Assembly: GCA_046482545.1 (NCBI GenBank)
Contig: JAWOEX010000037.1
Coordinates: 2,030-66,029, forward strand
DNA: 64,000 nt
From: Candidatus Thorarchaeota archaeon
GTDB lineage: Archaea; Asgardarchaeota; Thorarchaeia; Thorarchaeales; Thorarchaeaceae
Direction of reading: 5' to 3'
Shown: positions 1-8,683 of the stretch, in pieces
Layout of the letters: the number at the start of each line of letters is the position of its first letter
Position numbering within the stretch: position 1 is the stretch's first letter
Translations under genes and position numbers: made by a program
Notes under the pieces: model-generated
The model's input: the letters and a program-made list of their open reading frames with translations, nothing else
Told to the model about the DNA's origin: nothing
Databases searched by the model: none

Positions 1-232
1 CAACGAAATTAAACAGCACCTTGTCGTTCTCAGTGCAATACTCGCGAATCAGTTCATTATTTTGCCAACGAGTGTAGCCATCTGACCCGCTAGTTTGAAC
101 GTTACCAGTCATATAGATGAAAGTCACATCCGGATTATCACTCTCTATAACATGTTTCTTACAGTTGAGTGAGTGAACCCAACTGAGGAAACTCCTGTGT
201 TCCACCCTTTCCTTGCCCAGCGTCGCCGCCAT
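1..232 (-). CDS. Partial, probably 5'-truncated gene running off the window edge. The recognisable part (about 1-144) reads IESDNPDVTFIYMTGNVQTSGSDGYTRWQNNELIREYCTENDKVLFNF, an SGNH-hydrolase-like domain segment
   Basis: My own translation (not in the ORF track because it has no stop): open frame from ATG at 232 to base 2. FIYMTG...N..IR.YC..N.K.LF is a pattern I recall from secreted SGNH-like proteins. The first ~29 codons overlap the structured RNA candidate and do not look homologous. Confidence 0.4.
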   Translation of the reverse strand, partial: MAATLGKERVEHRSFLSWVHSLNCKKHVIESDNPDVTFIYMTGNVQTSGSDGYTRWQNNELIREYCTENDKVLFNFV

Positions 233-546
233 ACCGGAGCGCTACCCCCGGCCAAGCAAACACTTTGGCCGCCATCATCAGGACACGGTCCCTCTTGCGG
301 TCTCGGCTTCTGTCTCCTGCCCTGACCCGGATACATCATGCCCGGGGACAGCGAGTGTTCCCGCAGCTTTTGCCACGGCGGGTTTATTATCGCTCGGTCT
401 AGTCTCGTCACCGAAGCTGGACAAATCCAATTGGACAAAGCGAACAGCTCCGGACTCTCCCCGGCCTGGGGAGGACCCTCGTTCGGAGTGTGAGGACTTC
501 TGCTTAGAAGACGAGGTCTTCCTCACAGCCTTCGGGGCCCAAAGAG
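150..546 (-). ncRNA. Candidate structured non-coding RNA of unassigned class (about 280-400 nt)
   Basis: 217/360 G+C over 181-540 versus mid-40s percent in flanking genes. Many hairpins, several of which contain G-U pairs only on the minus strand (CAGUUGGGU/ACUCAACUG, CCCGC..GGC-AAAA-GCU..GCGGG, GGCCAA..UUGGCC). Long-range complement CCGGAGC/GCUCCGG (447-453 with 234-240). No convincing protein in any frame. Confidence 0.55.
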
Positions 547-566
547 TTAATGCTCATTCGATAATG

Positions 567-574
567 AATATATC
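567..574. promoter_or_regulatory. AT-rich TATA-like element between the RNA candidate and mutY, possibly bidirectional
   Basis: AATATATC/GATATATT lies about 25 nt from the GC-rich boundary at ~545 and about 40 nt before the mutY start. Confidence 0.3.
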
Positions 575-612
575 ATCACCAGACAAGCACTAAGTAGTAT
601 GGTGGATGTTTC

Positions 613-1434
613 TTGAGCAAAGAGACGAACGAACAAAGAGTACGTGCCTTTCAGCAAGATATTATGGACTGGTGGCACACGAACGCAAGAGATTTACCGT
701 GGAGGAGAAACAATAGCCCATACGTAGTACTTGTTTCTGAAATCATGCTACAGCAGACGCAAGTCAACCGTGTGATTCCTAAGTTTAAGAAATTCGTTCA
801 GAAATTTCCCAGTATCGAAGACCTTGCGAATGCTAAAACTAAGCAAGTAATGCAGGTCTGGAATGGGCTCGGCTATAATCGGCGAGCCATATGGTTGAGA
901 GATGCAGCAAAGAAGATAGTTGACAAAGGCGTATTTCCTCGAACGATTGAAGAACTAATCGAGCTCAAGGGCATCGGGCCATACACATCTCGTTCTATTC
1001 TTATCTTTGCATTTAACGAAGATTTAGCCGCCGTCGATACAAACATCAGGCGAGTTTTTATTTCAGCGGGATTCGCGACAGAGGAAAGCTCTAAGCAAGA
1101 GGTGCAAGATATGGCCGACAGACTTCTTTTGAAAGGACAAGCCCAAGATTGGCATAATGCCCTGATGGATTACGGCTCGAAAGTACTAACATCGAATTCA
1201 ACAGGAATATCCCCCCGCACTAAGCAGAGCAAGTTTGAAGGCTCTACAAGGCAGCTTCGTGGTGAAATCGTCAGGATTTTGACATATTCTGAGCCGCTTG
1301 AAGTGGGTGAACTCATCTCGGAAATGGACATGGATGCACCAGAACAAGTTGAAATCATGACTACGCTTCATAATCTCGAAAAGGATCAATTAGTGGAGCA
1401 AACGAATACTGGGAGATATCGCCTCCCGAGATGA
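613..1434 (+). CDS. mutY: A/G-specific adenine DNA glycosylase (HhH-GPD), short form without the 4Fe-4S cluster
   Basis: VSEIMLQQTQVNRV (catalytic Glu), WNGLGYNRRA, HhH LKGIGPYT, AVDTNIRRV (Asp). No Cys cluster motif after ALMDYG. Confidence 0.9.
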   Translation: MSKETNEQRVRAFQQDIMDWWHTNARDLPWRRNNSPYVVLVSEIMLQQTQVNRVIPKFKKFVQKFPSIEDLANAKTKQVMQVWNGLGYNRRAIWLRDAAKKIVDKGVFPRTIEELIELKGIGPYTSRSILIFAFNEDLAAVDTNIRRVFISAGFATEESSKQEVQDMADRLLLKGQAQDWHNALMDYGSKVLTSNSTGISPRTKQSKFEGSTRQLRGEIVRILTYSEPLEVGELISEMDMDAPEQVEIMTTLHNLEKDQLVEQTNTGRYRLPR

Positions 1435-1487
1435 AAATGTGTACTCTTATCCAATATGCGGAAATCCTCACAGAAGACCTACAAACT

Positions 1488-2084
1488 CTATTCCGGGCCA
1501 AAGTAACCGCGTTCTGAAGCATTATCAAGAAGTTCTTGAGTCAGGATCCACAATCGTTCTGATCCCAGCTGAATAGTGTCCTTTCTTTCTAGAATATCAG
1601 CTTTCTTCAAATTATGTTTTTTCCAAGAGGCTCCTTCGTTGCCATATGCCATCAGAACCGGTTGGAGTGCATCAATAGCCTTCGCAAACTTTGCTTCGGG
1701 TGTGGACATCACTTCGAATTCTTCCCAGAGTTCCAAAAGGGATTCTCCTTGTTCGGTAGGAAGAAGGCCGAATATTCTCTTCGCGGCCCGCTGTTCAGCC
1801 TTGTACTTCTCTGAATCCAAATGGTCGCTGTACAAAAAAGTGTCACCTGCGTCAATCTCAACTAAATCGTGAATAAGTAGCATCTTCACAACCCGGAGGA
1901 GGTCTAAATCCGGGTCATTTGCGTATTCACTCAGCACTAGTGCTGATAGAGCTGCATGCCAAGTATGCTCCGCAGAATTCTCTTGTCGCGAGTTATCAAC
2001 AAGCCATGTTTGCCGCAGTATTCTTTTGAGCTTGTCAATTTCAATGAGAAACTCAATCTGCGTCAGTATATTATCAGATGACAT
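1488..2084 (-). CDS. HD-domain phosphohydrolase (YfbR/5'-deoxynucleotidase-like)
   Basis: EIDKLKRILRQ, ENSAEHTW, IHDLVEIDAGD, FAKAIDALQP. Confidence 0.85.
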   Translation of the reverse strand: MSSDNILTQIEFLIEIDKLKRILRQTWLVDNSRQENSAEHTWHAALSALVLSEYANDPDLDLLRVVKMLLIHDLVEIDAGDTFLYSDHLDSEKYKAEQRAAKRIFGLLPTEQGESLLELWEEFEVMSTPEAKFAKAIDALQPVLMAYGNEGASWKKHNLKKADILERKDTIQLGSERLWILTQELLDNASERGYFGPE

Positions 2085-2151
2085 AGATGAGTCGGGAATA
2101 TGGTGCTATTTGGATATAACGGCGTCTACGTTGAACCCTCAACACCCAAGA

Positions 2152-2460
2152 TTAGGCTGCCTTTCCGAAGGGACCCATCATCATAATCCATAATCCATCC
2201 TCAGAGAAGCCAGGGAACAAGGCCAAAACTATACCAATGATAACCATCACTATTCCAAAAATAAGTGCAGGTCCTATGAGACTCTGGTAGGGGCCTAATT
2301 GAACATTCATTCCCGCAAATGCGAGTACTGACACAACAAAGGGCGCCATTATGGCAGCGATTACCACAAGAATGCCCAGCCAGAAGATTACCTTCCCAAG
2401 CCGTTTTCTCCATTCGTTGCTCGTAGGTTCCCCTTCCTTAGTTTCTTCATTCATAAGCAC
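2152..2460 (-). CDS. Small membrane protein (2 TM helices), unknown function
   Basis: Two long hydrophobic segments in 102 aa. Confidence 0.6.
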   Translation of the reverse strand: MLMNEETKEGEPTSNEWRKRLGKVIFWLGILVVIAAIMAPFVVSVLAFAGMNVQLGPYQSLIGPALIFGIVMVIIGIVLALFPGFSEDGLWIMMMGPFGKAA

Positions 2461-2534
2461 TCGACAATAGAAATAGGGTTTGTTCTTATTGCTTTTTCGC
2501 CAGACAGAGAGAAAATACCTGTTAAAATAGGAGT

Positions 2535-2694
2535 TTACACTGGTGCGATTCGTTCTTTCCTTTGCTTCAATTCTAACGTAGACATCTTCTTGTCACAACT
2601 AATCTCAGATGTTTTTGATAGATTCTGCAACGGCGTCTCGAGATATGCCCATGAGCTCTGCATCCCAGAGGTCGCATTCATACTTGTATGGCAT
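2535..2694 (-). pseudogene. Possible frameshifted remnant of a small Cys/His metal-binding protein
   Basis: MPYKYECDLWDAELMGISRDAVAESIK followed by a stop; continues in shifted frames as HLR...DKKMSTLELKQRKERIAPV-stop. Confidence 0.25.
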
Positions 2695-2787
2695 TATAAT
2701 TCACTAGGATAATACTATCGCCTGTGTTCCTTTAGTAATTAGGAAAGGAAGCCCGGATGAAACGATGATTTGAGTAAGTACTATTCG

Positions 2788-3165
2788 TCACCTGACTTCA
2801 TGTTGTTTCAATTCCTTCAGTCTTTCAAGCGCCGCTACATAACCCTCATTCTGCCGCGACCAGTCTACTAACCGATTACAAGCAAAATCGTTGCATTCGT
2901 AGCAATACTCAAGTCCCTTCTTATCAACACAGCATTGCAGAATCCAGCAGTCAGGAGACCAGTGAATTGAACGGTCTCCACGACACCCCTTGCAGTACAT
3001 TTCCTTCGCAACGGCTTCGTCCACACCCTCATTCTCATCAAGCCAACTCATTTCTCTGAACCATTTGATGGTGGTTTTGGCCGCTTTATCATCGAAGGGC
3101 ATTCTTCGAATATCACATGATTGACAGACAAGTCCACATGCAGCAATCATTTCATTCTGAAACAA
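2788..3165 (-). CDS. DUF3795-type Cys-rich metal-binding protein
   Basis: ACGLVCQSC, CKGC, CWILQCC, YCYECNDFAC; GGTGA RBS before the TTG start. Confidence 0.8.
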   Translation of the reverse strand: MFQNEMIAACGLVCQSCDIRRMPFDDKAAKTTIKWFREMSWLDENEGVDEAVAKEMYCKGCRGDRSIHWSPDCWILQCCVDKKGLEYCYECNDFACNRLVDWSRQNEGYVAALERLKELKQHEVR

Positions 3166-3334
3166 TGCAATCTTTCACCGCATACCTCCTGTTTTCGGTC
3201 AGATATATACTATCTGCGGATTTCTCGCGCTTGGTAGAGTCTCAAGCAAGGTTGTTCCTTGGGAATGTGACCATGACTGCGCTAAGCTAGCTCAATTCTC
3301 TCGATTTTGAGTAATTGGAGGAGTACAACCTGTA

Positions 3335-6259
3335 CTAGTCCAAATCTGAAATCGTTGTAATGACGTGGAAAATCACTGACTTCGGAGACGGAGCAACATC
3401 AAATCTAATACATATAACACCTGATACTGCCTCGTAAGAAACTCCTGATGAGTTCTCTTCTGGCCATGGAGCAAAATCTAACCACTCGATTCCGTTCCAT
3501 AGCTGTGCTGTCATTGGCTCTGAATAGTTGAACCAAGTGGAATAGGAATGCCCCTCCGTTAGGCTGGCGTTGATGAAAAGTAGGCCACCTTCGTGAATCG
3601 AGTATGGTAACGGGACCCCGAAATACTCAATATCTCCATTATGCCAGAGAGGGTTATCAATACTAGATCCAGCAACTGGTGCTGTATTGGCAATGATATG
3701 TCCAGTGACATCAGAATCAGAACCAAAGAAAACAATTCGCACGAGGCTTACACCATCAGCAGGATATGAATCTTCAAAGAAGCGTGGTAGGAGAATCTCT
3801 CTAGGCCATTCACCTTCTGCATATTTACCCTCGTTTGTAACTAATGGGAAATCAAAGTTCGTTGAATTATAAACCTCCATATACCAATCCGCTTCAGATT
3901 CGAATCCCGTGTCAATTTCCATGAATAGATTGTAGTCGAAATTTGGATCTAGTACCAGTTCATACCACTTGTGACCACCTGTGCGCCATATTTCCGAATG
4001 CAGGAGATAATCCTGATTTGGGACCATTGGAACTGGATTTTGCGGAACTGCACCTTCGCGCCAATCCTCAAGGATTTCGATTGTTCCGTTGAGAATAGAA
4101 GTCCAGTTGTACTGAGACAGGGTTATTTTGTATTCTCCGAAACCCCAGATATGATCTGGATCGAAGTTGATAAGTATATTATCGCCAGCTGTAATCTCAG
4201 CTTGTTCAACAACGGGACCTATCGGTGATTCGATAGTTAGATTGAATGCGCTATTGTCCGAAATTGCTGTAGTGTTTACTCTGAGAGTATAATTATGGAG
4301 ATCAGCGTAATAGGTAAAGTTCCAGAAGATTTCCCAAGGCCAGTCAAATGGTGTTGAATTGCCAAATTCCCATGGTAATTTGAATTTATACGGACCACCA
4401 TTGGGCGTAATCTGCACCGGCCCCGGGCGTGGGATTGGTTCAACGGTCATGTTGATTCGGGCTACAGAGTCCTCAACATGGGTTTTAATGACGATAATTT
4501 GCACGAGTTTCTTGGAGTGGGCTTCCGGATTAACTGCCACATGTGGAAACGATGAACCATAATCAAAAGGTGATTGGGGCATCTTCCGTCGAGTGCCATC
4601 CTCATAAACGTAGATGAATGTGATTTTCCACTTGCTATTCGATGGATTGACATTGAAAGAAACCTTGAATGGTTGCGTGCTATTTACCTTGATTCGTTCA
4701 ACGCCTGCAGCGTAGGATCCGACCTTCAGGCTATCGCTCACCGTATCGTTGTTGTAGGTGACATTGACATGGGTCTTTCTTTCGGGAACACTGTTATTTT
4801 CTATGGCTCCCGTCATCATCCAAGCATGAAACTCGGCTAACACCTGTTCCCATGTCTTACCGAGCACTTGGGCAATTGCCTCTTTGGGGCTGACGTCCTT
4901 GCTGTCATTGTTGAAATTATCCTGTACTGTATCAAAAATTTGCTTGAGTTTGGCTTCACCAAATACTTCTGCTATGAATTTGTTGAAAAGATAGGAGCCC
5001 ATGTAGTCAGAGTAGCTGCCACCCCATCCTTTGAAGATTGAGCGATTCAAATCAGTGTAATGCTCATACCAGTTGTGATCACCGACACGCTTGAATTCGT
5101 CTTGAATCTCTTTGTGCGTCAAATTGTAGTTAGCCCGTGTGGACTCAATACCCCAGTATGTTGCTTGGCCTTCTATCCAGAACTTGTTGGCAACTGGTGC
5201 ATGATCCACCGTGTCGTTGCCTTTCTTCTCAGTCTTATATTGGAAGAGGTGCATCAATTCATGCTCACACACGTACTTCAGGTCGGTATCGCTTTTCTTC
5301 TTCCCAATTTCGAGGACAATATGGCCTTTGGTTGATGCCTTCCCCACGGTTTCATCGCTGCTTCCTTTTAGCACGGTGACATTGATTTTGCCGGGTCTGT
5401 AGGTAACAGGCCCTCTCGTGAAGCCTTTCTTATGGTAGAAATCTAAGCTGTAGGCAATGTGCTTCTTGATTTCCTTGACATAATCACCATCAACGCCGCT
5501 CTTGTTGTAGACGTCAACCTTTTCGCCTTTTTCAGAAAGTACTGTATCATCAATGCCATCGAACGAAAAATCTCTATTTGCACCATTGGTTATTGTAACC
5601 GTATAACCTGTCTCAACAGCCAGAAAGCTATACACATTCGGCCGTGCTGGAGAGATAGGACTCAACATCCACTTACTAGTATTTGTGGATTCAAAGCCAA
5701 AAAGGGATATTGAGCCGGTGTGATTGGAGGGGATTGATGGGCCGTCGTCTTCATCGGGCCAATTATCATAGGTATCGTCACCATTGCCTCCGTTATAGCG
5801 TACGTAGTCGATGACATGTCCATTTTCATTGAAAAGCCCTATCTCATCGCCCAGAGGGTCAAGCAGTCTATCTGTCAAACCAAGATGAATACTTGCGGAC
5901 CCATCACTTGCATCTAGGTCATCTTCTCCTGTGCCCCCGTAGACTGCGATATAGTCTTCCGCATCTATATTGTCTATTGTAGGTAGTGCCAGCATCCCTT
6001 CCTCATCGAAAGTTGTAACATACCAACAAGAAAGAGTTTGTTCTGGGTAGCCTTCAGAGATGTAAATCTCGAAAAACTCCTGATTCACTGTCAGGGTCTG
6101 GTTGTAGTGTATTTCGCTTATCTGAACGGCATCTGCGAAGTCTGATGGTGTGTCAATAGGGGTTGGTGCACCTGGCTGCTGTAGCAGCAAGAAGACAGTC
6201 AATCCCGAGGCAGCAATAATTACAATAACAATTAGAACGGCAGTTGTTTTTCGATTCAA
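3335..6259 (-). CDS. Large N-terminally anchored or secreted protein: lamin-tail-like domain, gluzincin-type zinc metallopeptidase domain and beta-rich C-terminal modules
   Basis: Hydrophobic anchor VLIVIVIIAASGLTVFLLL; VQISEIHYN..EFFEIY (LTD-like); HELMH plus FWIEGQATY (HExxH plus third-ligand Glu). TTG at 6259 is a more plausible start than 6352. Confidence 0.7.
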   Translation of the reverse strand: MNRKTTAVLIVIVIIAASGLTVFLLLQQPGAPTPIDTPSDFADAVQISEIHYNQTLTVNQEFFEIYISEGYPEQTLSCWYVTTFDEEGMLALPTIDNIDAEDYIAVYGGTGEDDLDASDGSASIHLGLTDRLLDPLGDEIGLFNENGHVIDYVRYNGGNGDDTYDNWPDEDDGPSIPSNHTGSISLFGFESTNTSKWMLSPISPARPNVYSFLAVETGYTVTITNGANRDFSFDGIDDTVLSEKGEKVDVYNKSGVDGDYVKEIKKHIAYSLDFYHKKGFTRGPVTYRPGKINVTVLKGSSDETVGKASTKGHIVLEIGKKKSDTDLKYVCEHELMHLFQYKTEKKGNDTVDHAPVANKFWIEGQATYWGIESTRANYNLTHKEIQDEFKRVGDHNWYEHYTDLNRSIFKGWGGSYSDYMGSYLFNKFIAEVFGEAKLKQIFDTVQDNFNNDSKDVSPKEAIAQVLGKTWEQVLAEFHAWMMTGAIENNSVPERKTHVNVTYNNDTVSDSLKVGSYAAGVERIKVNSTQPFKVSFNVNPSNSKWKITFIYVYEDGTRRKMPQSPFDYGSSFPHVAVNPEAHSKKLVQIIVIKTHVEDSVARINMTVEPIPRPGPVQITPNGGPYKFKLPWEFGNSTPFDWPWEIFWNFTYYADLHNYTLRVNTTAISDNSAFNLTIESPIGPVVEQAEITAGDNILINFDPDHIWGFGEYKITLSQYNWTSILNGTIEILEDWREGAVPQNPVPMVPNQDYLLHSEIWRTGGHKWYELVLDPNFDYNLFMEIDTGFESEADWYMEVYNSTNFDFPLVTNEGKYAEGEWPREILLPRFFEDSYPADGVSLVRIVFFGSDSDVTGHIIANTAPVAGSSIDNPLWHNGDIEYFGVPLPYSIHEGGLLFINASLTEGHSYSTWFNYSEPMTAQLWNGIEWLDFAPWPEENSSGVSYEAVSGVICIRFDVAPSPKSVIFHVITTISDLD

Positions 6260-6379
6260 GTTGGCATTCCTGAAACCAGTAGTGGCCCATAAGAGAGGAT
6301 GCCAACCAGTACTTGTCTCTTTCTCTTTTTCTCGTTTTCTTGATAACAGCAATAAGTAAGTGAATGGTACCCCAAACTG

Positions 6380-7084
6380 GTGATTGCATTGTCAGACCTG
6401 ATGAGTATTCTTCAAAGGTTCAAGGATGATTCCAATCTTTATGCCGACCTCATATTTGATAGTGAGGAGCCCATGAATATCGTAGTTGAACTGACCGATA
6501 CAGGTGAGACAGCTACGCTTGTTCTAGAGAGAGAAGTAGGAGTAAGCAGGATTGAAAGTGGCGAGAAAGAAGCAGATTTGAAAGTGACTATGGCGTCACA
6601 AATACTGCGGAATATCGCAGAGGGAAAAGCCGATGCGTTTGCTCTGGCCGGTCGTTCGAAAATGAGTGAAAATCGGCCAATAGATTTTGAGTTCTTGAAT
6701 CCCGCCAGAAGCGAAGAAGCCATGGAAGCCATCAAAGGTCTTGGCACCTATTTCTTCGTACCCGGTCTGCTGAAGACGAAAGAACTGAAACTAGAACGGG
6801 CCGGTCAGGCTCACGGCGCTCGACCAATCCCATTGGTCTATTGGCAAGGTATCAGAACAGCTTGGTATCACATTGATGGTGGTACTACCTTGAATGAAGA
6901 TCGAGAAATTGACCCTTGGCCACAGGCGTTCATTGTGTTGCAAGGTCAAGGGAAGGCAATAATCGATGATGAAACCCTTGAGCTGGAGAAGGAGAGGATT
7001 TACTACATACCGAGAAGGGTTATGCATCAGATTAAAGCCTCAACGGATGTTCAGCTCATTTGGATGGCGTGGGATGCAAAGTAG
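6380..7084 (+). CDS. SCP2 sterol/lipid-carrier-like domain fused to a C-terminal cupin domain
   Basis: ADLKVTMASQILRNIAEGKADAFAL (SCP2-like); QAFIVLQGQGKAIIDDETLELEKERIYYIPRRVMHQI (cupin). Confidence 0.65.
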   Translation: MIALSDLMSILQRFKDDSNLYADLIFDSEEPMNIVVELTDTGETATLVLEREVGVSRIESGEKEADLKVTMASQILRNIAEGKADAFALAGRSKMSENRPIDFEFLNPARSEEAMEAIKGLGTYFFVPGLLKTKELKLERAGQAHGARPIPLVYWQGIRTAWYHIDGGTTLNEDREIDPWPQAFIVLQGQGKAIIDDETLELEKERIYYIPRRVMHQIKASTDVQLIWMAWDAK

Positions 7085-7213
7085 AGCATGATAAGAGCTA
7101 TCGTCTTGGAATGGTTCAAAGATGATAGTCACAAATTGTGACTACCGATTGTGACCCCATATAGTGGCTTTCTATTATATACTAACTCTGAGTGGTATGT
7201 CATGTGAACCATC

Positions 7214-7504
7214 ATGAATCAGCTGTCAAACACCTCCCGCTCAGAGAAGAAGAACATCACAGAAATAGCATACCAGTCTACCGAAGCACTCGGTTATGCT
7301 TACGCAACTATCAGGAGATGATCGCATGAACTACAGGAAGAGTACAATCCAAGCCAACGGTCCGAAAAAGGTCATGTCTACGAACGCAATTGCAAACCGT
7401 TACTTCTCGAGGTAGAAAAGATGACCCGAAGAAACAATAGAGATAGTAATCTCAGAATCAGACTGTCCACCAAAGCGATAGCGGACGCATACTTTCAGAG
7501 GTAG
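7214..7504 (+). pseudogene. 96-codon frame interrupted by one in-frame TGA (7319-7321); probable gene remnant
   Basis: ATG 7214 to TAG 7502-7504 in one frame with a single TGA: ...YATIRR*SHELQEEY...KAIADAYFQR. Confidence 0.3.
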
Positions 7505-7758
7505 GTTTCCATGGATATCGAAGCCTGCTGTCAAGATTGTGTAGAACGCACACAGGACTGTGAGCAAGAAGACGGCCCCACCATTGAGGACGTGCTCGCC
7601 CTTGAGGCAACATGAGCACGTCTACCCTCTTATTTTCATCATTTTGAGTGTGTTCAAGTGTTTCATTCTGCCATTTCTTTGGCTCTACTGATTGTAATAT
7701 CATCACGAACTCTACGTGCATTACCCATTGAGTCTCGTAAGTGGAATCCATAGCTAAT

Positions 7759-8544
7759 CTATAGCACCGGACACGTGTTTCTGAACCAGTCAATAACATG
7801 ATTGACTGTCTCTGTGTACGCCTCGCGGGAAGACAAGCCATGGTCAGCATCATCTACAATGGTCAATGACTTAGGTTCTCCAGCTTGTTGGTAGAGAGAT
7901 TTAACCCCATCAGGAGAGATGAGAGTATCGGCAGCGCCGGTGATTATGAAGAGAGGGCGTGGGGATATTTCTTCTATTTCATGCTTTGGATTGTATGCTT
8001 TAGTATCCCTCACCATATCGTCCATTATCTGTTCACGAATCTCTGGACTATCCAACCCATGTACAGTAGATGGATTCTGTTCTCCTATACGCTCCAATTC
8101 GGAATCTAGCATCGGCAATTTCGCGAACCAGAGGGTATCATAGACTGGCGCCCTAAGGCACACGGCATCGATTCGGTTGTCACGAGCTGCTGTACATACT
8201 GCTATTGCACCACCATAGCTTGCTCCGTATACTCCCACCCAAGAGGCGATAACAAAGTTCGACTCTAACAAGTGATTGATCGCGGATTTTGCGTCCTCTA
8301 TTTCACCTGCCAGGCTGAACAGGCCTGAGCTGCGTCTGAATCCTCTGAAGTCAAATGTAAGAACAGCAAAACCCGCTCTAGCCAAAGAAGATGCAATACC
8401 GTGAACCTGATTGTCTCCACCTGGAAAGCCGTGAAACTTACATATGCCGGGGAATGGCCCATCTGTCTTGGGAATAACAAAATCGCCGCGGATTATTTCA
8501 TCTCCTGATATGAACTCAGTTGGTAGTATCTGTATATCAGCCAT
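7759..8544 (-). CDS. Alpha/beta hydrolase (esterase/peptidase S9-like)
   Basis: HGFPG oxyanion loop, GASYGG nucleophile elbow, TGAAD, ADHG. Confidence 0.85.
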   Translation of the reverse strand: MADIQILPTEFISGDEIIRGDFVIPKTDGPFPGICKFHGFPGGDNQVHGIASSLARAGFAVLTFDFRGFRRSSGLFSLAGEIEDAKSAINHLLESNFVIASWVGVYGASYGGAIAVCTAARDNRIDAVCLRAPVYDTLWFAKLPMLDSELERIGEQNPSTVHGLDSPEIREQIMDDMVRDTKAYNPKHEIEEISPRPLFIITGAADTLISPDGVKSLYQQAGEPKSLTIVDDADHGLSSREAYTETVNHVIDWFRNTCPVL

Positions 8545-8683
8545 TGCGAAGAGCCACGTTTGACTATTAGGAGAGGTGGCAGGTCATAACTCTGTTGCGT
8601 GTTAGGTTCTATGTCTTAGACTCATAGACGGTATCACCATAATTATATCCCAGAAGTAGGCAACCCGTTCTAACCCCAAGAAG

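Noticed and set aside
162-200. Plus-strand RNase P RNA: a hairpin followed by GAGGAAACTCC matches the archaeal P4 5' motif
   Set aside because: No matching 3' ACAGAA..GG(G/C)UUA or internal GAAAC motifs on this strand, and the G-U pair bias favours the minus strand. A covariance-model search should still be run.
240-290. Hammerhead core CUGAUGA and HDV-like GCUGGGCAA on the minus strand
   Set aside because: No GAAA after the putative stem II, and no HDV L3/P1.1 geometry could be built.
340-475. SRP helix-8-like CAGG..AGC and group I R-element-like GAGACUAG
   Set aside because: Stem and loop lengths differ from SRP helix 8 and the position is wrong; there is no canonical S element (UAGUC) for P7.
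145-593. ORF-track entries 145-438, 213-593 and 278-526
   Set aside because: Low-complexity Pro/Ser/Gly/Arg translations typical of GC-rich non-coding DNA, with no recognisable motifs.
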